Positions 27,721 through 42,700 of a stretch of DNA of 64,000 bases are shown one piece after another. The notes beneath the pieces were generated by a model that saw only the letters and a program-made list of their open reading frames with translations, was not told where the DNA came from and ran no database searches. A program made the position numbers and the translations under genes. Source of the DNA: Lingula anatina. Taxonomy: Eukaryota; Animalia; Brachiopoda. Within the stretch, counting starts at the first letter, position 1; the number at the start of each line of letters is the position of its first letter. The stretch spans positions 37,281,967-37,345,966 of the forward strand of contig CM120640.1 of NCBI GenBank assembly GCA_051362555.1. Reading direction: 5' to 3'.

Positions 27721-30700
27721 GTAAGATTTCATCTTGGCTGACCTCGACTTAATATGACAGCTAGATAACCAAAGAAAACCCCAGTCAGTGAAAAGCGTCT
27801 CACTTGGTTGCTGATCATATATGTTTATTTATATCTTGGTTGCTATACATATATATTTATATATGTATATAAATTGCAGTTTTAAGACGTTTCAAAGAGA
27901 AGTTGATAGTTATTCTTAGTTTTTAAAAATATTTATTTGGTTGCATGCTAAAAGATTTCAGTAGAAAATTAGATTGTCGTTTTGCTGGATTGTCGTTTTA
28001 CTTGGATTTATTGTTATTAATTTCGTTTGCTTTATTTAATTTTTCCAATTTTAGTTATGCCTAATTTTTATCATGCTCATTATACAATATATTTTGCAAG
28101 CTTTAAATATTTTGGTGTTGAAACAGTTGTAAAAATATAAAGAATATGAAGTTACATAATATGACTATCTTGATAAATGACACCACCAGAAGGGCATAAT
28201 CCAAAAGAAAAACATTTACATCATTCGAAAATGTCCCTCTTGTTTCCCGAACCATTAGTGTCAATTCTTCACGACAATATCATCTATTTCCTCCAAACAC
28301 CAAACTCATATTTTATGCAGAATATTTCAATTCTCTTTAGATGTACCACAATCTACTGGTTAATGGACAAGAACTCGTGCGCTGAAATGACTATCGGACA
28401 TGCGAACGAAATACACATTAATACAAGCAGTGGCTGGTGTATGAAACTTCTCGACCCGCCCTTGTTCCGACTACTTAACTTGCTTCGTCTTTCTTTGTAC
28501 AGGATTTGTTGAACCCTGAAACCGTGCCCTTGTTCGCTACTGTGCGCAGATATTTTTTCTAGTTTCATTTAAATGATTCTGGGGGCTTATGCACCACGGA
28601 CTCCTGCACTCTATTTCATCATAATGCCTTGCACGAAAAACGGTGTAAAGTGAAGACGTGGCATAGACTACACCGCAGGCCAATCTCAGCGACCGACACA
28701 CCTGTTTTAGTCACAGTAAGAACAACGCCATGATTCAACTGTCAAAAACTCAGGCTAAGACAAAGCATAATGGTCACGAATACATTCATTAGATATATCA
28801 GTGTCCAGTCGCTCGTTAAATCATTTAAGGGCGGACGAATTCGCAAACAGCGTCCATAAAGGTGATTCTTACTGGGCTGGACACAGATTCTATCTTCCTT
28901 CGTCCATCTCAGTCGGTGAAAGTGGCCATTACAATTTCTGATAACAATAATTTTTACCATAAGAATCTAGCAAACGAAAACAAGCTTTTCGGGTTCAATA
29001 TATAAGCATTATATCATTAACATGTTAATGTTACAATTTCATATGCTCCACTAACATAAGAAACATGATATATATTTTTTTCTTTTTTGGTAATAATTTA
29101 TGTAATGTCATTGCTTCCCGAATTCCTTCAGATTGGGCCGTTTATCGATTATTGGAGCAAGTTAGGTTTCTGTTGTGCTACATGTAGATTGCATAATTAA
29201 AAATTACGGGAAATTGCACGTAAATAAGTTATAGACGAATTTGCCACAGGCAAATTCTTAAAACTTTGGATACGATACTCTTACATGCATCTTGTTTTCA
29301 AATACTTGTATCAATACATAAAATCTAACGAAATAAAACCAAGATTTATTCGATCTATTATAATGTTGCTTTGTTATTATCTTGTGGTACTACACACTAT
29401 TATTCTTACCAAAAGAGAATTTTTGATTTTAACATATATGATGTTATCATAAAGTTTAAGTATAAAAAGGTCGAAGCTTTATTTACATATAGTTTCCTGT
29501 ATTAAGTTTCGTTTTACAAGGAGAGAAAAAATCTTCAATTTAGGTGTAAAAGATCTCTCAAAATATGGGAGTATAAATATATATAATTATTTTGAAATTC
29601 CCTCACCACTGTCTTTAATGACTGCGTTACTGTGAAAAGGAAATATAACCTGATCTACGGTTATGGTGTTGATAAAACTGCTTCCAATAATCGCCATAAG
29701 ATTTCATCTAAATAATTACCCAATATTCATACAAAACGGAAGAAGCTCAAATATTGTAACTCTTTGCAAAATGAACTGACAATTCAGTAGTAAAAATAAG
29801 AATAGTTCAATTTTTAATACAAAGAAAACGACTTCATATTAATTTTTTTTACCAATGTATCAAATGCTTTTCCAATAATAAAAATACTCTAAAAAACTAG
29901 AAATAGGTTGAACATATTTCATACTTATTTTACCTTTATTATAGGTAGAATATTGTAGAATATTGTAGTATACGTGGGTGGCGGTTGGAAAAGAGGTCTC
30001 TCTCTTCCTATTTTGAATCTGCAAATGCCACAGTGATCAGTGCATTTGAAACCAAAATATATTTACGACTTATATAACTCAAAATCTGTCCCCCCAAAGA
30101 ATTTCAACTCGTTAAGAAAATTGGCTGTATACATTAATTTGAAGTAGATGGAATTTTGCTTTTTGACACCGAAGCCAATGGTCGTTTTGTCCCTAATTAA
30201 AAAAGAAACTATTTTCTATTCAATCAAATTTTATTCAAATTCAATATCATCATTATTAATTAGTCCATATTCTTCATTAAAAAAACACTTACTAAAATTT
30301 GGAGTTTCCTAGAGATAAAAAAAAAATATTATTTTGCCAACGGATATTCTCCTGAAGTGACTCTCTCAGAACAGAGTAAAGTGGTGACTTATGTTATCTG
30401 CGGTAAATTCTATTCAGAGATAAGATTATCAAGACCACACGTTATTAGATGATCTAGATTCCCAGCTGACGTATTTTTGGATAGTTGGGCAGGTGGATAG
30501 TGTTGAAATGGACGTTTTCAACGTGTAAATTGATTTTGTTATGATTTGTTCATCACTGATAATTTTTTTAAATGGGGGGAAATGTGAGTATTCGCGTTTA
30601 TTTGCACGTTGCAATACTGTCGTCTAGGTTGCGTAGTTTCACATGAAATGAATATCAACCTGATTTTAGAAATAAACTTGAGAAAAATAGTTTGCTCATG

Positions 30701-33700
30701 AAACAAAGTGATGAATGACCAAAATCTTGTTTTTGAATTGATATATCAGAAAACCTGTAGGTGTCAATACAATCTTTATTCTGTATTGTGTTAAGCATAT
30801 GGAAATGTCACTTACGTAACTAAAGCCGCCTACTCATATATGCACGTCACAATGTTTGGAAGCATTCCCTATCTTTATTCCTAAAAATACACTGCAAATG
30901 TTCGTGCAATAATTAAAATTAAGAGAGATGAAAACTTTTTACAAAATTTCGATTATTGGCTAGATCTGAAAATATCAATTTCAGCCAAACGGATGCTGTA
31001 TTATCCGGGTCAATGTGAATATTAATTAATTGAAAAATCTAGCATTCATGAAATTGCACAAATAATGTTAAAATTGTCTTAAGATTTTACCCCAATGCAC
31101 AGGATGTGCTAGCGACATGCAGTTTTACAGTACGTCCTTTGTTTACAATTTTTCCAAAGTGGGCTTGTTTTTATAACAACAAATAAGTAGTACATTTTGT
31201 TAGATGCGAAAATCTTATGTTTTAAAATTAGCTGTAATTTCTGAAAACCATACACACAGATTCGCAAAAATGAAAATAACTTTAAAAAGGAAATTTCTTA
31301 AATCTTTGATTATTTTATCAATGAACCACATAAATAGTGTCTTCTTTCGTATATTAATTCTATCTTTGAAATGTTTCACATCATAACTCAAAATCCACTG
31401 CCCTCTTAGTTGGTTTAACTCCTATGACATAGCAAAAAATGATTCCAAGTTTGGCTATTGTAAACGTACATCTAATACCTACCAGATGGTTACATATGGA
31501 GAGCATTTTACTCCCTCTATTTTCATACAGAAAGCAATATTTTGTAGGCCACAGCCAAGCACAAACGCTAAAAACAATGAACTTCACAAACATAAGCCGC
31601 ATTTGTCTTTATAATTAGATATCTGCTGCTGTTTTTAGATAAATTCTCGTAGTAATGACCGTCTTGCCAAAGCGACACTACCATTCCTACTTTTACTTAT
31701 GCATTGCCTGAAATGGTGACCTTCGCGTTTATCTGTTTTTAACATTATGTCATGACAGAAGCAGAATTGTAACCATTTTTTATAGAAAGTTTATGCTCCT
31801 TGGTCAAATATATCGATATATCTTCTGTGCTACTTATCCCAGAATATGAGTATACTGTGTGTGTCAAATTTTGTTAAAAGTCTCATGATTATCAATTTCT
31901 TATAACTAGTTAAAGATAAGCACCATCTACAAATTAAGCTATGTGTAGGGGGAGGGGGGTGCAAAGGCGGCCTTGCCTGCGAATTCTGAATATAGGAATA
32001 TTCTTTACATTCTATGATAAAAATCCTGTTTATATTTCATCGATGACTAAATAACCGTCACTGAATATTGAAAAGTACAAGAATCATCACGACCGTTTTT
32101 CCAAGTAGATTTCAAATAATTGCTGATGGGGGTCAAGTTTATCTAAAAACTGGTAACCTTTTGTTGTTGATATAAAAGTTAAATGAGGCTAAAGAAACAC
32201 CTATTCTACCGTTGAGGTATTTATAGAAACGATTTACATTTTTATCATCATTCCACAAAATACAATGAATAACCTATTTGATTTTGTAGTTATCCAAGCA
32301 TGAAAATTTTACCTGCACGATTACACGTGGTTAGCCATTGAAGGCTACAAAAGCATACAAATAGCTACATTTGTAGTTTACCCGCCGAACAAGTATTTTG
32401 CCCACAAGTGCCCTTCGTGGTCACATAAAAAATAAGCATGGTTGTGAAAGGCACAGGTAGGTATTCTGGCATTCGTGCGCACTTGAAATTAAGAAAGATG
32501 AAAAAGCAACTCATGCAAGTCGCAAACAATAAGTAGGAAAAACCTTGGCGGAACAGATCACTGCAGCTGAGTGACATTTGTGTTAGAAATTGTTCTTATT
32601 ACATATTTTTGGCACAAAAATGAGGCAGAGAAAAGAAAAAAGAACAAATGATTAAGACAGGTGAATGGATAAGTAGAAGGTTAAGTTGCTTAGTGGTTAG
32701 TTATGTCAGTTTTATAAAACCTTTAAAATTCTAATGGTTATTAAACTACCTTGTATTTGGCTTTTAGACGAGACTTGAACTCCCTTAAAACTTTTAGTAA
32801 AACCAAAATCTACTACCCTATGATTGACTGAAAATGCCTATGAATACCCATGTATCCAGTCAGTACTTTTTGGTGATTAACTTCATTACATCGTTTATTT
32901 TTCTAATAAATTAATTCTAGAAATCCTTTCTGGTCAAAATAGCCTAGACTTAAGATTTCTCTAAGCATAAATAGAACGCGAAGAGGAAGTATGAAGACCC
33001 CATGGCGCAGCCACCTAAATACATGGTCGTGTATCGCTGTCTGGTCTAGCAGCACGTTTCGAACCCATTTTCTTGATGACAACGATTTAAAAAAAATAGG
33101 GCATCAACATGTATTCTCTCCGAAATTTCAGGTCTTCGCCTTAAGAACTTGGGTCAGTGACTTTGATATAAAATAGGTTCACGAATGACAATGCACAGTA
33201 CCCAGTAGCGACCTCTGCATAAAGACACATGAAGACTTGAATTGACACAAAACTCAAGCTGACATTCAAACAGGAAGTAGGAACCGGGAGTAGGCTGTAC
33301 AAAAGAACTTTTAAACGAAAGCTGAACTCAAGGTAGAACATTTTGGCCTACTCCAATTCAGGACAATGCAAGTTAGGTTTTCGTAAACAAAACAAAATGG
33401 ACTAAAACATTTGTCATGCCTCTCTTTTTTTTTTTTTTATCTAAAAGAAGCACGTCATTTCATTTAAGTGGATTTATTAACTGACTTATCTTGGGCCAAC
33501 TTCGATTATAATTTTTTGTGGTTGAAGTTTAGACCAATGTTCAGTCAAAAGTTAAGTTAGTGTTTAGCGGTCTCTGTCTTGTAAAAGTGCAAAAAGGGCG
33601 TGATACATTTTCATTATCCGCATGAGAATGGGACTAGGCTGTCGACCCCGGCACTTTTATAACTTCACAGAAGTGACACGATAATGTGTCTATCAAGGCT

Positions 33701-34008
33701 GCCTCGTGAACGTTTTTGAGGTGCTTTCGTGCAAGTTTGCTAGACGTTTTTGTTTTACTGTTCCATTTTTCATTTTTCGTTTCATATTTCTTTACGTTAT
33801 TTCATCCTTTTTTCGTCTTAATTTTTTCTTTCTTTTTATAGTTTTTTTAAATTTCTTTTCTCTTAGTTTTTTCTTTCTTTTTACTTCATATTTGTTTTCT
33901 TCTACATCATTATCTTTGACACATTGGAACAAATATTTTAACAGAACACTATAAATGTGCCACGGTATTGAGGCACTATTAATCACAGAGCCTTTCCTAA
34001 TGGCTATA

Positions 34009-34495
34009 TGTAAAATATTCGTAAGCGCTAGATTTCAATCCAGTAGTTTGCCGGTGCAACAGAATTAGTGGTCCGCTTGGAACCGTAGTCCGTATCCATC
34101 ACTCTGTACAGATGCCATGCGTTTTATACGTGTATACTGTGCTAACCCCAACACTTCCGGTTAACCCAATCCTGTACCTAGGATAGAAAATTTTGGGTCC
34201 TACCCTGTACTCATCATGTGGAACCATGGACTTCCATTCCTAGGACCACCATCGCTGTCACACCCGTTATAAGTGTATGATTATGATTCTTAATAATTGG
34301 GAAAATGTTATATAAAAGTGCGAGGTTAAGGTTGCTTGCGTGACGATGGGTTTTACAGCTTGGAAGCGTGAGCGTACGTGATTACTAGGTCCAATGGTGG
34401 CTACTTGCCTTTGAATGCCCCTTAACGTGGTGAAAGTAATTTCATCTAAGGAAAATAAACCTAAAATTCCTTACATGCCATATGGACTACACCCA
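34009..34495 (+). mobile_element. probable solo LTR
   Basis: TG...CA termini; 5-bp flanking duplication CTATA (34004-34008 and 34496-34500); TATATAAAA at 34309-34317; AATAAA at 34454-34459; GC content raised relative to flanks. Confidence 0.55.
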
Positions 34496-37400
34496 CTATA
34501 AGAACGCTCTTGTTTTCATGCTAAAACAATCAGTATACGACAATTATAATTCCACCGGTTTATAGAACTTTTGTGCTGTTCATTCACTTTTTTGTTTTGT
34601 ATTTACATGTATCAAGAACATACAGAAACAGATATATTATGTTATATGGAATAATAATATATCACGGAAAATCACAGCTCCTTAAAATACCCAGGATACA
34701 AAACGTATTTTAGTATTTATTTATTTATTAAGGTGACATGTGATATAGATATACAAATCACCCGGCCTCATGGGCCTACAAATCACCGAACTTTGTACAT
34801 ATATCAGAAAAAAAAACTATGATTAAGGTTGAAAGTTATAACTAAGCAAACACTATCATTTATGGTACACTTAACTCTTGAGTCCATATTGTTGGAACCA
34901 GAATAATAGTTGGAGCTAGTTCTAATTGCTAGTGACCGAATGACGTCATTGAAATATGAGAACAGGTTTGTGTAACGTGTGTCTGTTTGATTAAAAATTG
35001 AAGAAAAAATGGTTAGAGAATTAAGATTTAAATTGCATGTTTCTTTGCTGAACCTAGGAAGAGCTGAAACATAAAAAATATCATCATTGTATTCTTTATG
35101 TTTTCATATACAAGACATTTTTAAAATATAAAATCAAACTTTTTAGCGTAAATTAGGTGATTTTCAGTACACCAAGATGGTTTTCTTGTTGATAACACTG
35201 TCAAACTGCTCTTGATTAGCCAGTTGACAAATTGTCAGTTATGCCAAATCAAAATCATGATGCATATTACTCTTAAGCACACATAGCATTTAAAGGTTTT
35301 TTGGGGGAAAAATTGCGAACGAACGTTCTTAAGTTCAAGTTAATATGTTCAAAATTATCTGACCACGTGACACAGTTTTGTCACAAACATTACAACCAAA
35401 AACCAGATACAATTTACATGTTAACAATTATTTTTAACTGTCAGTGTAACTATATTCACAACATTAATTATAAGTTTGGAAACTACACTAGGACAATATG
35501 TAGCAGGGGTAGGCCCTATGGACAATACAAATAATTTGGACATTCCCAACAAAAACCTGTGTATTTTTTCTATGGGTTATGATATTTCTATGAATGTAAA
35601 TATATCTTATTTTGTATATTTCAAAAATATTTAGCACTGCGATGAAAATGTCATTGAAAATCATACTAAAATAAAGATATTATGTAATTTGGAAAATGGC
35701 GGAATTCGGATGAAAAATTATCAGCATAAATATGTTTCAGATAAATACAATATTGGAATATCCTTCAGGAAAAGCAAAAAAATTCATCGAATAACTCTTA
35801 TTTCTGGACATTTCCCCAGAGAGGTAATAGCAATGCGTAGTTCATACCATTCATACTTAATTCTCGTAACGAATTTGTCTCACAAAATGAGCAAAGTAAA
35901 ATAAGTAATTTTGTCATTTTTCAATATTATAACAGCAAGTCTTGGCATAGGCTGGTTTTGACAAGGACGACCAAATAAACAAAACTGACTTGTAAGGACC
36001 GACGAAGCACTTATAATAACTCCTCAACCCAGGGAAATCCAAGTTGCAGTTTCAGTGTTTTAAGTAAAATATATTAAGGAAGTAAATCATGGCCTAATTA
36101 TAAAAAAAAATTGTCAAAAGCAGTAATTTTTTTAATTAGTGGAATGTTAAAACTTCTCATGTGTTGCAGGGTAGGAAACTGGGTTCTCAATTCTGGTACA
36201 GTTTGCTATTAAGGTGAAATTCGAGTAAAAGTGTCTTGAAGCTAGAAATAATTACACCGAGAATATTAATCCGAAAAGAGCACATTTTCAGCCAAGAACA
36301 ATATTGAAACGGATAGTGCACGATCCTCTGTACATTGTAACTATGCTGTGTGGGTTTTGAGTCGCCCCGTTGATTGCTTGAACAAATCTTAAAAGACTTA
36401 ACAGTCAAAATGTACACGAAAGGAAACGGACACTTTTCTTGGGCTGACATGTAACTAATTTAATACTGTGAAAGATTGTACCATAGGGTTCGGAGAAGCC
36501 TTAACTCTATCAATGAAAATAAGCACTGGTCGTGACTCAAGTCTGTATTACCGAGAAATTGATTTTAAAATTAACCTTTGCCTCTAGCTGTTATCACAAA
36601 TACATGTATTTTTCTGTTCTCGGAAAAAAGGCCTATCAAAAGACCACAATCCTATACAAATGTCTCCCAACAATGGGTTCAGCACTCGATTACTTCGTTA
36701 TTCTGACATATTAGGTCCTCTTGATTCTCAGCATAATGGTGAGATGTTAGGGGTTCTTGCACCCATTTTCTATCTTTTCCTATAAAACGTCCCTCCACTT
36801 TTTTGTCACTCTCCTGGATCAGAAAGTATGAACTACTCACGTTTGAAGGGAAAACCATGTCAGTTTGCGTACACGTAAGTATATGAATTGAAGCGCGGTG
36901 CTTAAACTAACATGTTTGAATTGATAGCTATAAAAATTTGTAAATAAAGTCCACATCCCGACAGCTGACCACAGTTCTGTCAGATATCCAATGACTGTCA
37001 GAAGTTTTACTTACTATAACCAACTGATGCCTTCTATAAGATAACCCGTTCTATTTCAGTCAGTGTGAACGCGCCCTGTTACAGTGAATCTCTGAGGATT
37101 TGCGTTCTGCAGAAGAAAAATTAACATCCCATCTGGCAGCATGGCGGATAACGCAATCTTATCGAACACTTGCTACTTATTATAATGGTGTTCCACAACA
37201 CTAGTATTACGTCATGCCATATATCCTCTGTGTGCCACGTGCATATTGCGCAGCATTTTCATTAAAGCCCCATTATATTAATAAAAAATTGATACAGATA
37301 CGTTTCCTCAGCCCACGCGCCCAAAAATAGAAACGAGAAAAGAATACTAAGATGAAACCGTTCGTTGGGACTGCATTCAATCTAAAATGACAAAGACGAG

Positions 37401-37689
37401 TATTTCATCAAATACCAAACGTAGAACCTCGTTCGTTCGGGACAAACTTGCCACATGGTGCGCTTTTATGTAACGTGAAATCTAGACACCCTGCACGGCT
37501 TATATTAGGCTGACTTGCGACCTAAATTACTGAATAGTGGTTTATTGATTGCATCACTGACAAACCGAACTGTCAGGCTTTGTTCGTTTTTTAAAGCCCT
37601 TGTATCGAATTTTTACAACTAACTCGGGCACTCGAGTAAAATACTAAGAGGAGAGTATGTCCTAAAACAGCTCGCTGAATAAAAATGAT

Positions 37690-37782
37690 TGAATAAATAA
37701 ATAAACAAACAAATAAATAAATAAATAAATAAATAAATGAATAAATATTTTATTTAAATAAATAAATAAATAAATGAATAAA
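37690..37782. repeat. imperfect (TAAA)n low-complexity repeat
   Basis: Direct reading. Confidence 0.85.
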
Positions 37783-38151
37783 AACATTCGTCTTTCAACC
37801 CATCCAAATTTGGGGATTGAGATGGAGGTTGGAAACAGATTAAGGGAGGCTAGCAGGATGAGGAAGGGTGAAAAATTAACAAATTGTGCTATTCAGTCTT
37901 CTTTTGCTTTTCTGTAAACTTCTTATCCATGGGAAAAATGGCGATCAACCTTTAACTTTTTGCCTTCTCCGCGCAGGGGAAAAGAATCTATTGGATTTTA
38001 AACGTGTTCTACCTACGCATAATGTATGCTAAACATACTGTATAAAACAAAGGTTATTACTGCAGCATTTTCTAATGGAAATATTTAAAGGCATCGATGA
38101 CAAAATTTTTATGTCTGTTAGAAGCAGAGTCATAATTGGTTTGAATTGAAT

Positions 38152-38435
38152 CGGGGGCGGACCCAGGATTATTTAAAGGGGGGGTCCGCGATTGCGAAGC
38201 CCACCCCCTTCCCCCCTCCCCCCTGGCGTGTGGTTCGCTAAAGTGTCCTGAAAAAAATTGCTCTTTTAGAGGGCGAACGGTGCCATTTGGTACGGTTTAG
38301 AACTATGATTCAGCTAGTCAAAATCCTAATTTCAAGAGGGGACCATGGGTGTGATTTTTTTTTCAGAAATCGAAGGGGGGGGGGGGGGGGGGTCAGGACC
38401 CCCCCCCCCCTGACAACCCCCTAAATCCGCCACTG
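38152..38435. mobile_element. degenerate MITE related to the 16.9 kb element, with G/C tracts
   Basis: Termini CGGGGGCGGACC ... AAATCCGCCACTG are imperfect TIRs; internal poly-G/TCAGGA/poly-C palindrome; no clear TSD. Confidence 0.55.
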
Positions 38436-39720
38436 CAAATAGCTTGCATTTGCAATGGTCACGTTTTTAGTGCTTCAATTGAAAAAAAAAGGATAAATAA
38501 CGCAAATAAATAGATGAAAATGATAATAAAAACAAGAATAGGATGAAGAAAGAGAAAATCATTGAAATATGAGCTAGTGTGAAGAGTAACAAAATGAGTT
38601 GTCAAAAATAATCAATACAGTTATGATTTTAATGCAGTATTTTTTTCCAATGAGTGACAAATGTGAAGTCGACATAGGGCATTTAGTTAAAGGTACCGAA
38701 AACACAATAAAAAATATGTAAATTAAGTATTTTTCACAAATAATTCGATCTTTATACCTTTAAAGGGCATCATAGGAGAGTGTTAAATTGAGAGATGGGT
38801 GTAAAGTCTGACAGCAAATTAGATTTAAAAAAAACTAACGTCAAAGAAAAACGATGATTCAACTATTGTTTAATGACAGTTTTATCAGGAACTTAAAATG
38901 ACATTTTGTTGGCAAGTATCGTAGTCAACAAATTAAAATATGTTTTTTCTGATAGGCAATGTCTTTATTATGTAATTTATGTCAAGCCTTTGTATATTTC
39001 GCACGTCTGACGCTTGCCTCTCCCTTACATTTTTTAACCAATGCCGTATTCTCTCTAGAAAAACCTAATAAAAACGAGAAATGATTAAGTGTTTCAGTGA
39101 AAAGGTATGACGCACACTTGTCTTCTAAGTACTGCGATGGATAAGTATTAAACAGATTCATAAAATTAAAAGTAATTTGACGTTTTGTCAAAATCGTGAT
39201 TTTTATTAATGTTTTTCTAATTGACTATTATTCACTCACACCGCCAGGACGAAAAGTAAGGACATGAATCAAGATAAAGAAATGCTTATCATATTCGCTG
39301 AGCACAATCGACAATTAGGCCCTATTGTTTGATGAATCACACATACATGTAGCTAGATATATGTTGATGACGGTCCTGCTGGTACTGAGTGCACTTTACT
39401 TTTCATATTTAAATAAGCCGACATTAACATAAGGTGAGGTCTCTTTTCTTAAAATATAGTTTTTATAAAATGAAATTATTCATTTCTCTCTTTTTATATT
39501 AATAGCTATTTATTTTAACTCATCTCATCAAAGGTGGAAGGGGTTGCCATGCTTAACAAATAAGTAAAAATAAATGAAAATAAATAAATAATGAAGGTAT
39601 AAGAGGAGCTAAAACCTGAAAAGCATATACATTTACCATATTATGTTAATCATTGGCCAGTGCGATTGAGAACACATAATATATGGCGAGCTCTTTTCGA
39701 ATAGAGACCCGAATCACTGT

Positions 39721-39732
39721 CAAGATGGCTGC
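39721..39732 (+). promoter_or_regulatory. YY1-type motif overlapping the MCEE start codon
   Basis: CAAGATGGCTGC closely matches the YY1/Pho consensus CAAGATGGCGGC, common at housekeeping TSS/ATG regions. Confidence 0.5.
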
Positions 39733-42700
39733 CTTGGCAAGGTCATTTTCTCTACGGGTAAGAAAAACTACGATATTTATGATAATATTCGTTGGTTGTG
39801 TTATAATGCTCGATCTATGCCACACTGGATTAAAAACACGTAAGATATTTCAAACTTAAAATGATGCGTTATTGAAAAGTGTCCCAGTACGTATTCTGTT
39901 GCTGAACTGTTTATACTAAGTCTGAGAAGTTGTTTACCGTCCTTCGTCTGACCTTTAAAGTTGTAGTTGACGCGGTATCAGAATTACTTTATCTTCAAAT
40001 CTTACAGCTAAACTGAGACCTCCGGATATTCCTCCTTCCATTTCCAGGTTTGAGGTACAAAACTCCAGATTAAGAAATATTCCATCTTAGGTTTGAGTAT
40101 TAAATTTCATTATTTTTTCAGTCCTGAAGCTTAGATTTCACTCAACTTGCATTCTAGCAGAAGCAGCTCTGCAAAAATCAAGTGGCAAAATTATTGAAGC
40201 CATCGAACCGTGTCTTTATGGGAAGGGGGTGCCCCACCCTTCCACCTAACTATCATTGATTGGTTCACAAAATATATTATAGGTTTTCTCAGCCTGGCAT
40301 CCGTGCATTACAGTATACATATACATGTAACAAAATGGAATATATCATATGAATACTATTTGTAATACCCATAAACTGTAAGGTAGACCCATTGAATGAA
40401 TATTATATATGCATATTAAAAAACATAAGTATACATCATGTTATTTGATGCCATTTGCAGAAAGTGTTTACTGATCGCATTGGAGACATACTGCATGTGA
40501 GTCCCCAGACTCGGATAAACCTTGTCAGCCATATCTGTTGACCATATCAAATCTAGAAACAAATTAAACAAAGCTTTCTTTTGTTTTTCCATGTAAACTG
40601 GTTAAAATTTGGAGTAAAAAGGGCTGTGCATTATATTCACCAGTATCACATAGATGAGTCTTTGAGATTAGGGTACACTTGCTGAAGTCTTAAGGAACTT
40701 TCAACCTGTACTTATGGTAATGACTTGATCTTTTCAGTAGGGGACAACTGTGAATTTTACAGATACTGTATTTTTATAAGTCATAATTTCTTAAATTTTG
40801 AACATTCCTATGGAGTGGTAGCAACACAAATGATATATAAAAAAATAATTTTCATATTTCTAAAATTATGTATCAGAAAGATTGGTACATTTTGCCCACT
40901 GAAAAGATCAAAGTTATTACTGTACTCGTAAAATACATAAGGACAAATGTATCTCTGTACAAAAAATTGAATTTTGGTCTAGGTATGGTTCAGTGAATTT
41001 TCTTTTTATAGGTATGCCGCAGTCTTCTTCAAGTTAATGCACCATCAGTGCCAGTATGTTCAGCAAAGATGTCTGGAAAGGTACTGATCTTTTATTTTTC
41101 TTTTTATATGAAACAAACTAATATTTGAATGATCAATTGTTGTAATTATCTGTGATCAAAAATATGTGTTTCGACTTTGGTAGCTAAGTTTATTTTAGAA
41201 AGATTCATTGTAACAACAGAAACCTCCTATTTTTGAAACCTGTTTTAAGATTTTAGAAAATTGTTCATCCTTGATCTTAGTTCCACTTTTGCACCAATGA
41301 ACTTTTGGACCAGTGAACTCCAAATCCAGACAAAAAGACTTATTTAATCTCTGGGTGTTTATTTATCAGCTGATTTATATGTTTGTTTATTTATTCGTTT
41401 TTTTTTTTTTTTTTTTTTAGAAATAATTCAAGTTTCCATTTTTTTGGTTTTTTGAATTTTTAAACTCCTTCCTTTGGACATGCTCATTTAAAATTTTTGT
41501 GTAATAAAGAAGACAGTATTATTGATAATATTGATATATGTTTATATAAAGAAAACACAAACAAGCACGCACACATAAAAAGACCTTTTTTGTTAACACT
41601 AGTCTTTTACAGTTTAATCTGGAAAGTTATAACTGATGTTAATTTCTGATAAGACTTGATAGATTTCATAAATATAAAATGTATTTTAATATTCAGGTCC
41701 CTGACAGAGTGTGGAAGCTTGGGAAACTGAATCATGTTGCCATTGCAGTCCCAGACCTAGATAAAGCTACAGCATTGTACAGAGATGTCCTTGGAGCTGA
41801 AGTCAGTGGAGTGCAGGTATGGTTAAAGGATTTCTTATGCACAGTCATAACTATACACAAGCATACACATGTACACATAAATAGTTACACAATTGCATTT
41901 CCTATTTTCATTTCAGATCAATAATTTTTTCAGCCTTTCCTGTTTCATTTGAGATTTATCTTTCTCAGTGTGATATTTATTGATAAATTTGTCTTATAGG
42001 TATATTATTATTATTATTATTATATACTGACACAGTTTTTGTCTGTATATATTCTGATCACTATGTCTTCATGTGTCATCACTGTAACAGTTGCTATCAC
42101 TGTGGTGGTCTGATAAATCTTTTGTTCATCCTACAACTGCCAAACAGCATTTTTGTTTTACATTAAATTTACACAGTGACTTTGTTTGATAAAATGACAT
42201 GTTTTTTAAAAATCAGCTGGCATGATCAGATTATTGTTATGAAAGTTATTTTTTTTTTACGTGTGTTTTGATGACATTTGCCTGAAAAGTGCAAACTGAA
42301 ACAGAATTTTTGTATGATTTGCTGACTGTCTTTGTTTGGTAAAGGGTCCTTTAAAAAAATTTAAGATCGGACAATTTTTACAAAATTTATTGTTTTTTTG
42401 CATACTTTAAGTGTGTTTTGGCAGCACTTAGCCCATAGTTGCCAGGCTGTATTTCTGTTCTACTTCAAATTTGCTGAGTGGCTTATTTTGGTAAAATGCA
42501 TTTATTTTTGTGAAAGACCAGCATGATCAGATAATTAATTTTATGAATGTATTGATTTTTATGTTAAGTTTATTTGTATTTAGGCAACATTTCAATTTGC
42601 CTCTTAAGTGCCAAACAGTATTTTTTGTGAAATGGAATGTCCATTAAAGAGCTGATCCTGTACACATGGTTAAGATAGAAAACGTGGGTGAAACAGCAAG

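Noticed and set aside
34201-34222. TACCCTGTA resembling the miR-10 5' end
   Set aside because: The remainder does not match, there is no precursor hairpin, and it lies within the probable LTR.
38687-38763. TTAA-AGGTA...TACCT-TTAA, a tiny Kolobok-like element
   Set aside because: Only a 5-bp inverted match in AT-rich DNA, which could be chance.
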